64,000 bases of DNA from Catajapyx aquilonaris. Lineage: Eukaryota. The notes beneath the pieces are model-generated. The model was not told the origin of the DNA. It made no database searches and saw only the letters and a program-made list of their open reading frames with translations. The stretch's first letter is position 1; each line of letters begins with the position of its first letter. The stretch spans positions 1 through 64,000 of the forward strand of contig KZ538148.1 of NCBI GenBank assembly GCA_000934665.2, in the 5' to 3' direction. Made by a program: the position numbers and the translations under genes. Below, piece after piece: positions 51,001 through 64,000 of this stretch.

Positions 51001-54000
51001 CGGCCATCATTTGCGAATTTGTCAACTACGTGAAACCAGGCTGTACAGGGAGCCAGATAACGGGTTCTTCATGGCTCTGCAGTGTTGGGCCATAGCGCGC
51101 ATAGTTTCGGCAGGGTACGGATTTTGAATCGCGTCTAAGGAGCCTATTAACGCTTCACTGGGGAATGACCCAATGGAAAGTGTTTTCCAACAACGAGTCA
51201 GTTCCAGTGCTTTAATTAATTCCTCGTCTGGGAGAAAGAAAAAGGAGGAAGGAAAGGGAAAAGCGTTGAATCCAGGAGGAGGAGGAACTAGCAAACGGCA
51301 ATCATCCGGACTGGAAGCAAACTGATTCATTTCGATAGGAAAAAGAGCTCGTTCCTTCTCCGTGCCCCAGGGCTTGCCTGCACCAAGGAGGAAAATGAAG
51401 AGGTAAAGTGGGTCGCATCATCATTAGAAGCTTCAACCGATACATCTCCTCCATTCGTAAACATGAATTGCTCCGCATAGATCACGTACGACTGCACAAG
51501 CGCGTTTTATCGCCTCATAACAGTAGCAGCATGGAGCTACTGTGGCGCGGGAGATTGCCAAGCGGTTTAATATATGATAATAGCACCGTCAAATTTCATA
51601 CCCACTGCCGGTAACACAGTATTACAGCCCCTGAGTCCACGTCATGGTAAACGCCATTTACCTGACAGGGGTGGGGGGAGAATAGCAGCACGTACCTTAT
51701 TTGAACGGAATAAAATTCCAAGAGTGCGATGGGCGGGTGTGGGAGGGGGGGAAAAGAAAACCTAATGGAGATTATTCTAACCAATCTAGTCCGACAGCCT
51801 TTTAGAGCTGCCCAGTATTTCCTCTGGAGCCGAAATGGAGGCACTCAAACACTCACTGTTCTCTTTATTGATCAAATAATTGAAGTGCGGCTGACCGAAA
51901 TTCCTTCCTTCGTTCTCAAAGGACTTTATTGCTTTTACGACTTTCACTTAAATAGTTGGGACTCGTGTACAATTTTACGGTGCGGCGCGCACCTTCTCTC
52001 GGATGAATCCTGCTCCACAACTTGGCCGAATGCTTGCTGCACCATGCATGTAAGAGGGCAGAGTGCAGCCAATCAAACAATGTTGAAATATTCGCCACCC
52101 GGAAGCGATTCGCAAGTCGTCGCATGCATGGGTTACACATGTGCACTCTGGTAATGAGCGTGCAAAGTAAAATCCTCTTCAGGCTGGCCTTTCCCCCCTC
52201 CCTCACACACACACCCACACACACTCCCCACCCCTGGACCCGGCTTTCGCCAATTGGCGATTAATTCAGTCCCAACGTGCAAAATGGGAGCTGGCAAAGT
52301 GCAAATGGTGGAATCATGCTGGGGTTAATTGGATGGGAGCAAAATGGAAAGGCATAAATTGCAAGTGCAGGCCACGTCGCCAAGAAAACACTCCCGGTTG
52401 CAGCGACTGGGGTGTCAGGGGTCGGTTGGTTGGGGGGCCCGGGGGTGCATACTTGCGAGCGAATTGGTCGTTCAGTGGTGTCGTCCTTCAGGCTGCAAAT
52501 ACCACTGGAGGGGGATGTCGGTGGCAGAAAGTGCACCCAGTACTATTACTCGCTGCACTTGCTTGCACAAATTACTTTTGGGTTGGTTAAACCGAACGTG
52601 GACCTCGCTCGCCGGAATCCAAGATGGCTTCCGTTTGGGCAAGCAGCGGCCATTTTTGCACGCGCTCCGAATTAAAACGCCATGTTTTTTCTCACACCGC
52701 ACCCACTTTGCGTGATTGTCGCATTACGTTTTATGAGCGGGGCGTACACGGTGTAAACAGACTTCTCGTCATATGCGGTAATAACGTTTAGTCCCGCGAT
52801 TAGTTCCTCTCCGACTGCATTATGCTGACTTGAGAAAAGAATATTCTTTCTCGTCTGGAGCGGAGCTGGTGTAATGCGTAGGTCAGGTGTAATTTGCCAG
52901 AGAAAGGGGTCGTAGAGATTTCCTTCCCCGCCCTCCCGCCCGACGCCCCCACCATTTCTGGGATGGTTATAACTTTTTTAACTAGGCGCTTGTCAAAAAT
53001 TCCGCCGTCTGCTATCCAATTTCCACCTCCGCTTGTAATGAAGGAAACCGGGGAGAGGTGAAATCACCCTCTCACCCTCCTTACAGCCACCTGCACACTT
53101 TTTTCTGCTCTTTTTCTTTCTTTCCAGTCTTTGCCGACTTTATAATTTCTACCGGGGGAGATGGAGGGTGTGGGAGGACGAAAAAGTTGGTAGCATCTGT
53201 TGGGTTTCGCTCTCGTCTCGCCTCCTGCCAGATAAAGAATTAATTCCATCTAGGGAACTTGCAGGGTTTCATGCCGGGTTTTGCACTATTATTTTTCCAT
53301 CTTGCACTCTTCTGCCTCTTCTGAAGGAAAAAGTGGGAGAAAGGGAGGGGATCACCTCTCTCCGAGGGGAAAAAAAAGTAAGTTTAGTAGGCACCTGCAT
53401 TTCTCTGGGGAGAAAAAAGTCTGAAGAGCTGTTGTGGGGGTGGAGCAAAAAGGAAAGGGGGAGGAGGAGGGGGGATAAAAAGTTTGCTTTATGAAGACGA
53501 GGGATTTGCTGGTAGTGTATAAAGCAAAGTCCATGGGGGAAAAAAAAGTAGAGAGGCGAAGTCTGAGTGGTGTAGAGGAAACTGAGCACTATGAGAAACA
53601 AGCTAAATCTCTTTTTGCGAGAACTAGACGGGAACGGACTGATGAAAATCCGTTTTCCGCCTAGGTAAATACGGAGAGTATTTTTTTTCTCGGGTCAAAG
53701 GTTGGGGTGCTGGAGCCGAGTAAATTGGCTAATTAGCTTTGTGCTCCGGTAGGCCTCGCGGGAGATAATATATGCAATGAGTGGCGAGCTCGTTATGAAA
53801 CTTGGTTGGCGGTTGTATTAAGGTATTCAAGTCCTGTGCGTGATGCGGCCTGGAACATGAAACAGAATGCAAAAATTTTGCGCAAGGCTGCGGAATGGGG
53901 TTTGACTTGCCCTCGTGGAGTGTGGGGAATTTACTGCATTTGTGTGGGAGTAAAGGTCGCGGACAGAAATATTGTTGATTGCCAGCTCTGAGAGTAATCA

Positions 54001-57000
54001 TTCCTGGGATGCTACAATTCAAGGTTGACCCTAATGAAGCGTAGAAACTGTCAGCATCAAATATACCATATATTGTATTTCTCGAATACGTGGGCAGTTT
54101 TCTGAATGGACTCTATCTGGCAGTTATTGACTCTGTGTGATGGAGAAAGGAATGGCGTGTTATAGAAAGGCTGGTTTTGTGTCGCTTGTCAGTGTTGTTG
54201 ATTATATTCCACCATGTGGCAAGTTGCCTGGCAGAGTGATACCAAACCAAAACTGCGTGTTTTCACGCCCTCTATTGAAGCATTCTGGAGTAACCCGGAG
54301 CTAAATAAAGTTACGTAGTGGTCGGATGCAAAAGGCGCTTTAAAAAATATCAAACAGGTGGCCTCCGAAAGTGACCCCTACACAGTGGAGAGGTCCCGTC
54401 GAGAACGTTCGCATTGACCCTGGGATGGGCCCTTTCGGCCGGATAGAAAGAAAATTGCTTCCTGTAGTGCAGGCGGCGAGCCTTTGTGTATGGCCTTATC
54501 GTCGACTCCCACCTCACCATTGGTACACGACTGGCGACAAAAGGGCAAGGGGCCTGTGGAGGAGACAGGTAATGAAAGGGCAAGCCAGACCCCTTTGTTT
54601 GCCCTAGTATGAATGGGGTCACTTAGGAGGTGGGTAGAGCTGGGAGAATGGCACAAGTGTGGATTCAGACCTTAGAGAAGGAGAGACCATGCTTGCTGGG
54701 TTAGTGGGTGGGGGGTGGGGGGGTGGGGGAGAGGGGAGAGGGGGATGGAAGGGGTGCGGGGTCTGCAGGATTATTTTTTTCAGCAGGGGGGCCAAAGAGA
54801 GGACTGGCGGCAGTTTATTTTCTTTACGGCTTAACGCTGGAATAAAGCAGCGAAAAGGTCGCAATCCCCTTGAGAATTAGTAGGTACTGTGCTGTTACGA
54901 ACTGTGCCGTGCAGGTCTAATGAAATATTTTGCAGCGCTAGCAACGCAGCGCAGTGTTTAGCGCTGTAATCCTTCTTAACGGATTCCTAGCGTCGCAACT
55001 ATCCACATGGACTAGATCTGGTCGCAACTGATAAAAAAAGGGAGTGCTAATGGTAAGACGTCAGAGACCCACCAAAGACGATGATTAAAGGGTTATTTGC
55101 TCCCAATTTAAGAGCTCCCCGGCTGGAAATCAGTTTGATGAATGAGCGTAATTTGATCCCAAGTGGAGGGGCCGAGATTTTTAAATCTATTAGGGATGTC
55201 ACCAAAGATAAAATTGAGTTGAAGCGTCTCCCCTGGATGTGTCCCTGGGGTTATCGATTCAACAGGGAAGTAAGACAGGAACAGCTTGCACGTGTCCAGT
55301 CGTGTGGGTGGCAAAATTCACTTTTCATCCAGAGCCACCTCCGCCGGGGGATGGTGAAAGTGGACCAAATGTCAGATTAATTACACGTATGCATTGTAGA
55401 TGAACACCCGTTTGTTATTCACTCCATGCATTGGATACGCTGGGGAAAAAATGGCCGGAGGGTACCCAGCAGCTAACCATTGTGGAATGCTGCACTGCAT
55501 AGTGACAGGTTACAGTGTTAAAATATATCTAGGAGCGCGTTATTGTGCGAACAGCAGGGAAGTTTGGGCAGCTACACAGATGACCTGGAGGCTGTTTAGC
55601 AGAGAGGACAGACGCCTCCGAGCATGCTGTGATCAGGTCGGTTGTAAGCGGATGAGCAACGCGAGTGTATAGGACCGGCTCTGTGGCCCATCCATCAAAG
55701 GCCAGTGAGAGGAACAAGTGGATCCGTGGCAGCCGCCAAATCAAATGGGTGATTCTAGCATCGCCGAGAATCTAGTCTGCTTCAGTTGGGAGCTTCTGTC
55801 ATCTTTGTCAATCATTTTTTTGAAGGGTCTCGATCAGCGCAGCAGAACCAGTCTTATTACTCTTTTTGCTCCTAACTAAAGAGTTAACTTGGCACTTTAC
55901 CGAGCTTCATAAACCTTACTGTGTCATCAGCTTGTAATGTAGCCTCCGTCAACGGCGTAGCCAAGGAAAGGGGAAGGCATCCTGCCAATATGTTGACTAT
56001 TTATTACTCCAATCAGGGTCGTACCTTGCACGGGAGGTCGAGATCATTTCTCTCCACTAACTACTCAAAATGTAAGAAACGCGACATGTTGAAGGGTTTG
56101 GAGAGCTGACAGGGGAAAAGATTGGAAAATTAAGAGGGGGAATATGCGTTTTGGGACCACTTTCGGGACGTTTGCATATGTGCAAAAATCTTTTCATCCT
56201 GGATGTTTTGCGATGAGCAAACAGGACGAGAGGGAGCAGTTTTCTGGCCTTGCTAAACAGCCTGAACGGAACTCACATGCAAGATGGCGATGCAATACGG
56301 CAGCCTTTAAAAGCGTTTCCACTGCGAACTCGTTGAATTTGGGTTATATCTTGTCCTTTGTAACGTCCATTTTGGCAAGGATTACAGCGTCGGAGAGGGA
56401 GGTCTCCAATTCTCATTATTTATGTTCCGGAAAGGTGGGGAGGAAATATATTCAAGGGCTCAAGGGGTTTAATGTTGGCTTTCCGGGGGGGCTGCATGCA
56501 ATATTCCACTGGTAAGAATAAGAGAGAAGGTCCCTCCAAAATCCTTTCGGTAGAAGATTCCCCGGTGGCCCTAAATGCGTCCACTTTTGGAGGCCGCGAC
56601 CGAAAAGGATTGTCCTTTGGATTAGACCCGCACTTTGCATGGGTAATGCACGGGGAGCAAAGGCCTATTAATGAAGCAACTTAGCGCCGGATTCCAGCCT
56701 GGGAATTCCGGACCGATTTAAATTACAAAGATGGCAGGGGAAAGTGCAGGATGGAGACTGCGGGAGGAGGGGAGAGAATGGGGTGGGTGCTGGGAGAAAA
56801 GGGGTGGGAGGTGGGGGAGGGGGTCTGAAAACTTCGACGGGGCCTGCAAGCTCCATGCATATCTCAGCAACAGATGTGGCCAATTGGGAGGGCGAGAGGC
56901 AATTATTCAGTTCCGCAGCCCGCGCTCCGTTTCGACCAGGCGAAAAGTTATGTCCGGATTATGCGCATCGCATGCTTTTTATTATTGTTGCCAGCTCCCA

Positions 57001-58461
57001 AAAGTGTGCTACAGCCAGTCTATTACTTCCCCGCCCCCTCTCTCCCTTCAGAAGGAGAGAAAAAAATGGGAGAAAAATGGCTGCCTTCCCCTCTGGCCAG
57101 GACCGGCTGGGCGATTCGTTCGTGATGGCGAGCAGTATATACACATAAACACTTTCTCGTTGGCCAACTACCCTGTTGGTCACTAACTTGTTCTTGCAAA
57201 GCGACGGCCGCCCGCTTTAGTCACGGCCGAAAGAAGTTGCAGTCACGCGATTCCTCCCCCCACCCCCTGTTTTTTTTTTTTTTTGTTCGTAAGGTTGGGA
57301 GCGATTTAGAGGCGAGGAAGGGAGGAGATTTTACCCCAATTTGTAGATTGGGTACAGGAAGAGTAGGGTTCTTGGGCAGAGAGCCAAAACCAACGGCTGA
57401 TGGTCATTTGTCTTCCGGGTTAACTCCACTGCAAAGTTTTCTCCCGGCCGGCCTAATGCGTGGGCCTGACCTCCGAATGTACTCAGGTATTACATGAATG
57501 GATTGGCCACCGTATAGTTTGGTCCAGTGTAGAATTGGAAACCCATAACCCCCTCTCCGCAAGCAGATGTAGGGTCCGGTTTGCCCTCCGGAGCGGCAAA
57601 TTGCGACTGGGATCCTCCAACAATCCCAATTGACAGATACCCGTCCTTTGAAATCCCACTTTCCATCCCTCTCCCCCACTGCTATCGATCAGCCCCCCCC
57701 CTCCTCCTCCTCCTCCTCCTCCTCTCAGTTGCTTATGATAATCAATAACAACACTCATTAGTCCAGTCCTCCAGTCAGGATGGTGGGATTAGCATCAGGA
57801 ACAGAAAGCCACTCAACCACCACTACGTCACCCTACCCTCTCTTCTCTCTCTATTTTTTTCACTTTCAGTCCCATACTCAAAATGGATTTTCACTTTTTT
57901 TTTCTTCTTCTTCTGGTTCTCGTTTTTGTACAGAAGCGAAGGGGTGGGTGGGAGGGTACATCATTTGCCATGCGCTACCTGCGCTGCATATATACAAGGC
58001 AAGCAAGCATCAAACGCCTTCGCCTGGCGACACTGAGCGACTCCCCGAAAAGGGGAAAGGTGGGGGGAGCTCCGTGGTGGGTGGGTGGATGGGAGGAGGG
58101 AGGGAGGGAGGGAGGGAGAAAGGTGAAACTTTTTCCATTTCCAGGGGCGGCGTCACCAGTTACATTTTGTATGCCGGATGCCATGACGACGGCAGGGTAG
58201 AGCAGAGAAAGGCGGGCGGGTGAGAGCAATATGGCGGCCTGCGTGGCTAGCACCTCCTGGCGGGATCCCCGGGACTTCTCTCCTGCTTCTCTTGCTCCTC
58301 CCTCCCTCCCCATCCTCCCAACCCGCCATCCCAGCGACCAAGTTCTGCCCCCTCCAAATCTAATTGTCTGCTTTTTATGAATATCTGGCAGCGGGACCGC
58401 TGAACAGACGCGCTTTGCCAGCCCGAGGGGGGATCAATAGGGGAGGCTGGCATGCACAGAG

Positions 58462-58508
58462 CCTCTCTCTCTCCTCTCTCTCTCTCTCCCTCTCCCTCTC
58501 CCCTTCAG
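58462..58508 (+). repeat. CT-rich polypyrimidine tract ending in CAG
   Basis: About 45 consecutive pyrimidines followed by AG at 58507-58508. Confidence 0.85.
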
Positions 58509-61500
58509 GCACTGCTTTTCCCGCGGACTCATCGCTCATCACCGGATGAAAAGGAACGCGAATGCATGTGACAACCTAATTGGCCATCGGGAGTCTAACG
58601 CCCCTAAACTTAGCGATGCCTCCCCGCAACCCCCTCCCGTCCTCATCGACCAAAGATGGGAATAATCGCATCCTCACCCAGAGAGCGGTGGACTGGGTCA
58701 CCGTGTTTCTAAATTCGCCACCTTAACAGCGGTTATTAAATTCCTGAGCCAAGTGGTATATGGGGTGCAGTAAACATACACCGCAACCCGACTCGAAAAT
58801 GCGTGCGGGGACCTATTTCTCTGCAGAAGTGGCTTCAAGGGGACTGTTTGCACATGGATAAGGCCCTTGCTGCAAGTGGAAATGTGAAGGCATACGGAGC
58901 GCTGGAGATGTAGTGCTGAAAGAGTGTTTGCATATAATTTGCAGCGGCACTCTTTTGCGTAACAATGTACACCGTTAGGGAGGAAACTCGAGCTGAATGG
59001 AATGTGAAGCAGGGGCGTGAATATCATCACTGTTGGAAAGGTTTAAAGGGAAACACGAGTTGTTGCCCCTGCAACTTATGCCATCCGGTGGACAAGGGTG
59101 CGGTTGTCTACATTGCAGGATCAGGTCTGGCCGTATTGGTGAGATCCAGAGAGATCTTTTTCGGATTCATGTCAACTCCTCCTCGACATTTTTTTCTTCT
59201 TCATTATAATTGCAGAGTGATGTTTGATCACGGCACCTCGCCCGAACATTAAGTATGGGGATGCTATCAGGCGGTGGGTTTGCTCATAGCCACTTGGCGT
59301 TTAACTGGCGCAGTCACTTTTTCACCCTCAGTACACTAGTCAAGCCTGACATTGAGCGCTTTATCTGAAATGCGGGCTTAATTGGTACTTAGTATCACAA
59401 GTGAGGCTTCTTGAGTCATGTCGAGCCGCTTTTTCCGGGGAAAAAGACCCGCGATAATTGAACGTGTCACATGCCAGACGTCGTTATAAGTTGCGTCAGG
59501 TATTACTTGGTCAATTAGCAGGCGAACATTGTGTCAGAGCCTCAATTAGCACATTATGAGCATGATTTCTAAACTGCCGAGTAATTTCGTTTTAAATTAA
59601 ACTTTCCGTGCTGGCCATAAGTTAGAAGCCGTGGAACGTCACCGCAATATCCCGTAATTATGCCGCATGCAATCAAGGTGGAAGGCAGCAGTGCTTGACG
59701 TGCTGGCGTATACTCTGTCATATAGAATACAGAGCTTTGCCACTGCATGTCTGGGACGTTCACCTGTTTGCTGCTCACATCGAATTCAGCTTAATGCTGT
59801 CAGAGGTGGTAGGTGTGGCTGACGTGATCAATAGTTCGTTAAGGAAAATAATGACAGGTGCTTTTTGGAAGAAGTGGCTGTATGTGACGTGTTGTCCACT
59901 GCGTCGTTCCGCCCGGCTGCAATTTGGAAAATTGCTATCCTGTACGTAATGGGCCAGCCAGCCAGCCAGCCAGGTCCACTATAGGAAAAGCCTTGTAGTT
60001 TTCTTCTTTAGTCGTCTGGGCGCTTCAAGCCAAAGCAACCGTTTGGATTTGACGGTGCCTCTGAAACCCGTTAGGATCTGAAAAGCTCACCTTCTTTTTC
60101 TTTTTTAAAGCAGTGAGCCTCTTTTTTTCTGTCTCTCTCCCCTCGTTCTTAAGCCCATTAGGAAGCCTAGTGACAAAGTAGTCCCGAGCTAATCTTTGAG
60201 AGCTAGTGGGAACTCATGTTCCTTACGTCCGCGAACCATGGCAGGGTTTTTACTGCTATCTTGTGATGTTTGGTTGAAGCGGGAGGGGGGGGGGGGGGNG
60301 GGGGCGGTGAACGAGAGGTCCTGCTTGGAAAATGAGCAAGGTTCAAGCTGGCCCCCCCTCCGGTTGATGACCCGCGATTCCGTATATAGACATTAAAGGC
60401 ACTCTGTTTGCTCCTGCTTCCATCAGCGAATTCAGGGTAGACGAGAAAAGGAGGGGCACAGGCAAGAGAAAGAAAACATCAGAATAGGTTGGCCGAAATT
60501 GAGTTGCACTCTGATAAATTGAGGAATGATTGTGTCGTCACTGGACAAGTTTTCTTCGGGCGCTTTTCGTAGCGAAAACGAAACGGAAGTCGAGCAAATG
60601 AGATTAACTTGTGCAGAGGCGGAGAGCGAAAGCTTTATGTTCACCTGTCCCGTAATTTGGTCAGGTGGAATAATTCTCTTTGCAGAGCGGCAGCAGTGCG
60701 GGCCTGACAACAAGCAGCTCTTTCTCTGGGGAGACGCGTGTGAATAATGTAGTGTTGTGCTCCAGACGTGCCTGCTTATTCACTCTGCAATGGAATAATG
60801 TCTGCGAGTGTATTTTTCGCGGCAAGGCGAGCGTTGCAACAAGTGAAGGTTGTCCGTCCGTCTGCATTCCCCCAAGTCACTTTTGGCTGCCGTACACAAA
60901 ACTGATCCAAACTTAGCCCCAGCTCAAGTCTCTTTGGAGCTGCGTACTATTGTCACCAAGTGAATCCGAATAAGGATCAATTTAGATCAAGGGGGCGTAT
61001 TTTGGAGCTGGTTCCAACAGTGGGTTGAAAGGGTCATTGCACTTTCCTGGCCAAAGACTTTAAGGAATTAGTCCAAGCGAAGTATCTGTTGCAGTTCGGC
61101 ATTGCTGAATTATTTAGATCATGTCTACTTGAGCGTCTTGTTCCGATATGAAATCCCTTTTTTCCACGTCCTCCGGAAAGGGCCTGGTAGATGGACTCTG
61201 CTCTCCGAGTTTTCCCTTCGGAATGGTTTCCGGCTGATTTATAACCATAGATGTGCGCTTCAATGAAGCAAGAGGGAAATGCATTTTTCGTGAGGGGAAA
61301 AAATCTGCGCGCAGAGGGACTGGATAGAAAACAGTTTGAATGAAGATTTTTTTTTGTGAAAAATAGATAGAGAGAGGCGGAAAACGCCAGAGATTTTGCC
61401 CATATAAGGTATGCACGCAGTGCGTTGTTCTTGTAGTATTCTGTGTGTGGAAAATGCGTAGTTTTGTTAGTCGAAATAAAAAAGGTTTGTTTTTTTGCCG

Positions 61501-62082
61501 TTTGTTGAAAATCCTCTTTGTAGCAGTCTAAGGGCATATACGTGCTTTAGCTGGATTAGCCAGTTAGCAACAGCCTCTTGTTCACCAGCAGCCCGTGGTT
61601 TCCCTCAGACATCCACGGACCTGCACGGACCTTTTGCCTTGGTAATTAATAACCGGGTTAAAAGCTCCAGTGTTCTCGACTGTTGGGTTACAGCCCTTGG
61701 GTACACAACGACTTGGCTTTGAAAGCAGGAGTAACCTGTATACGTTAGTTGCTTGACCAGTGTTGGGCATACAGTATATTTTATGTATAGACTGTATGCA
61801 GTGTATGGGTCAATCTTGCTTCCAAGCGCAGGCTTTTGAAAGGCACGCTGGTATGGAAGCACCTTGATCCATCTGGTTTCCCCTCCGGCTCTCGAGCGTT
61901 GATGTATGAAGGCCGGAAGGATGCGATAGGGTGGTTAATAGCAACACTAACTCGCCTGTTTATGGGCCCGTTGCGTTGGGCTTGATTGCTTCATAAACAG
62001 ATGCGCTGGTTGTGTGGAGTTTGAGCTGCCTAGGCGAGCTCCCAAAAACAATGTTCTGACTGGGCCTTCTCTTCCTTTGCAG

Positions 62083-62146
62083 CCCCCCAAGCTGAACGTC
62101 TACAGAAATGACACGGAGAGCTGGGACTTTACAAACCCCAACCTAG
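62083..62146 (+). CDS. hnRNPL: hnRNP L internal coding exon: PPKLNVYRNDTESWDFTNPNL(G)
   Basis: Branch-like CTGAC (~62056), tract ccttctcttcctttgcAG, and a 64-nt exon in phase 0 matching the hnRNP L segment PTRLNVFKNDQDTWDYTNPNL. Donor is TAG|GTGAGT. Confidence 0.94.
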
Positions 62147-62500
62147 GTGAGTGCCCATTTACCAATTGGTTAATATTTTTTTTTTTGCTCATTTTTATCT
62201 CCCCAACCTGTACCTCTCCCAGTGAACGTAAAGGTCTCTTTGCACGAGGTGATTTATAAACACATTCGTCATTTGGTGGAAACCAAATGCGAATTGTTAC
62301 CCTAGCCAAATGAAGTGTACAGGCAAATCAGTCTGCCTGAGAAAACAAATCACCTCGTGTAAAGTGGGCTCGGTAAGGGATGACAGGATGACGTGGTTCT
62401 GAAATGACATGTCCGCCCTTGGGAGTCTGTCAAGTCCAGTTGGTGCTGCTAACCTTGTGATCGCCATTCCTTTGTGTGATGAGCACGGAACCCCGGCTCG

Positions 62501-62630
62501 AACCACCACCACCACCGCCACCAGCATCACCACCACCACCACCATCACATTGCCTCACAAGACACTTTTCGACACGACAAGTGGCCCTCCCTCTTCCACC
62601 ACCACTACCACTACCACCACCACCACTACC
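62501..62630 (+). repeat. Bipartite (ACC)n / C-A-rich low-complexity cluster
   Basis: Two imperfect ACC runs (62502-62549, 62597-62630) separated by a spacer containing CACA/ACAC motifs. Confidence 0.9.
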
Positions 62631-64000
62631 TGGTCCAACACTCAAAATTATTGCTCAGATAAATAGCCTACCCAACACTCCTTGATGACGTAGCAAGGTG
62701 CGTGCATTTCTTTCCCGTCCAAATTGATCAGGGGCCCATCAATCGCAGCCGAATTGCAGGCCCTGACCGGAAAAGAATCGTTTCATCACAATTACGGTAC
62801 ATTTGATGCAGAATTACTCCGGGGGTGGTTTTGTACAGCTTGTGATTGATCAATCACAGCGCGACAAACTATTAATTACGTGCGCTCCATTTCAGGCACT
62901 CATTGCAGCCCCCGTTTTAGGTGCCAAAGTATTGGGTGGCGAGACACACTCGCAACAATTGCAGACAAAAGGCCGGTATGACCGGATGGCAATAATTGCA
63001 AATTGCGGCTTTTAGATCGGGTTGATTGGATTGCAGAAATTGCACTGCTGCTCGCTGGTACGTTTCCAGCCCATTTGCAGGGCAGACCTTCGGACAACCA
63101 GCCGCGTAACTGTGCTTTCTGGCCACAGTTTTAGGAGAGATTGCAAACAACAACAAAAAGAGACAAAATAAAAATAAAAAAAACATCCAGGGATACTGCC
63201 TGTCAGAGAGATACCAGCGTAAATTTCAACGACAGGAGAGGCCTTTATGCGACCTGTTAGACGTTTCGCGCCGACTACAACAAGGGACATGGAGTGGCCG
63301 TAATAGTCCGCGAATGGCCTACACAAAGATCCAATTAACTCAATTATGGACATAAATGCCAGTTACATGGCCGCCGAGGCATCCAAGTTTTGTCCTGAAT
63401 GTCTTCGGCAGCGTCGAGAGGGGGGGAAAAAAAGAGGGGGTGCCGATATGCCGGGGGAACCGGAAGGAAGCGATGAAAATTTGCAATGTTCCGCTTTTCC
63501 CTTGTAGCATTTTCCGGGAGTGCTCAGCACTGGCCAGGGTAGATTAAGTCCAAACCCGAGTCGATTAGCCATGGAGGAGAGTCCTCCCGATGCAGGCGCC
63601 GCCGGAAAAAATCAATAGGGAAGCAGCATTACCCTCTACTCTCGCTGTGCGCTCCGAAAGGATAGGTATAATCCAAATACACGCGCCATTATGCGACCCA
63701 CGGGTGTATACATATAAGGGAGGCTTGTAAATCCAACATTTTTTTCCCTGTGTGACCCTCTGGCCGCTTTGTAGCATACCCCGTTCTGCCAACACAGGAC
63801 TGGCCCAGCGACTCGTCTATACGCGACTGTGACACCCGCACAAGAAACTTGAGTAGGACATGGGGAGGTTGCAGATACATCACATTGTCATCCAGAAGCG
63901 AAATTTTTCACGAAATAGGACACAAAACAGTGACACGTGGATCTCACTTTTCGGGGACAAATGTCGTCTCTTTTTCCTCCTCTCCCATCCACCCTTTTCG

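Larger units (their letters stand above)
33883..62082 (+). other. hnRNPL: U2-type GT-AG intron, 28,200 nt, phase 0
   Basis: GTAAGT donor and CTGAC...YnCAG acceptor. Joining gives IEYAK-PPKLNV, contiguous as in hnRNP L homologues. Confidence 0.9.

Noticed and set aside
62409..62685. Thr-rich and Pro-rich ORFs suggesting a mucin or extensin-like protein
   Set aside because: Simple translations of the (ACC)n cluster, with no linking splice structure or domain.

Overview
This is eukaryotic (invertebrate-like metazoan) genomic DNA, not prokaryotic; almost all ORFs in the supplied track are spurious. The whole window lies inside one + strand gene, an hnRNP L / Drosophila smooth-type RNA-binding protein. 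Only three short coding exons are visible: 12017-12102, 33786-33882 and 62083-62146. Spliced, they give DVLHTICSPSGRVQRIVIFKKNGVQAMVEFDSVESARRAKESLNGADIYSGCCTLKIEYAKPPKLNVYRNDTESWDFTNPNL(G), which is most of RRM2 and its C-terminal extension. The first two exons join in frame through a 21,683-nt minor-spliceosome (U12-type) AT-AC intron with consensus donor (ATATCCTTT) and branch point (TTCCTTAAC). A 28.2-kb GT-AG intron follows. Just after the third exon is a C/A-rich cluster and a candidate stop-containing 39-nt exon, resembling the vertebrate hnRNP L autoregulatory poison-exon module (inference). The introns also hold a TTAA-flanked piggyBac-like non-autonomous element with internal direct and inverted repeats, a pogo/Tigger-like MITE, a small inverted-repeat element inside a (CA)n tract, a probable tRNA-derived SINE, microsatellites, and many G/C homopolymers that coincide with all assembly Ns.
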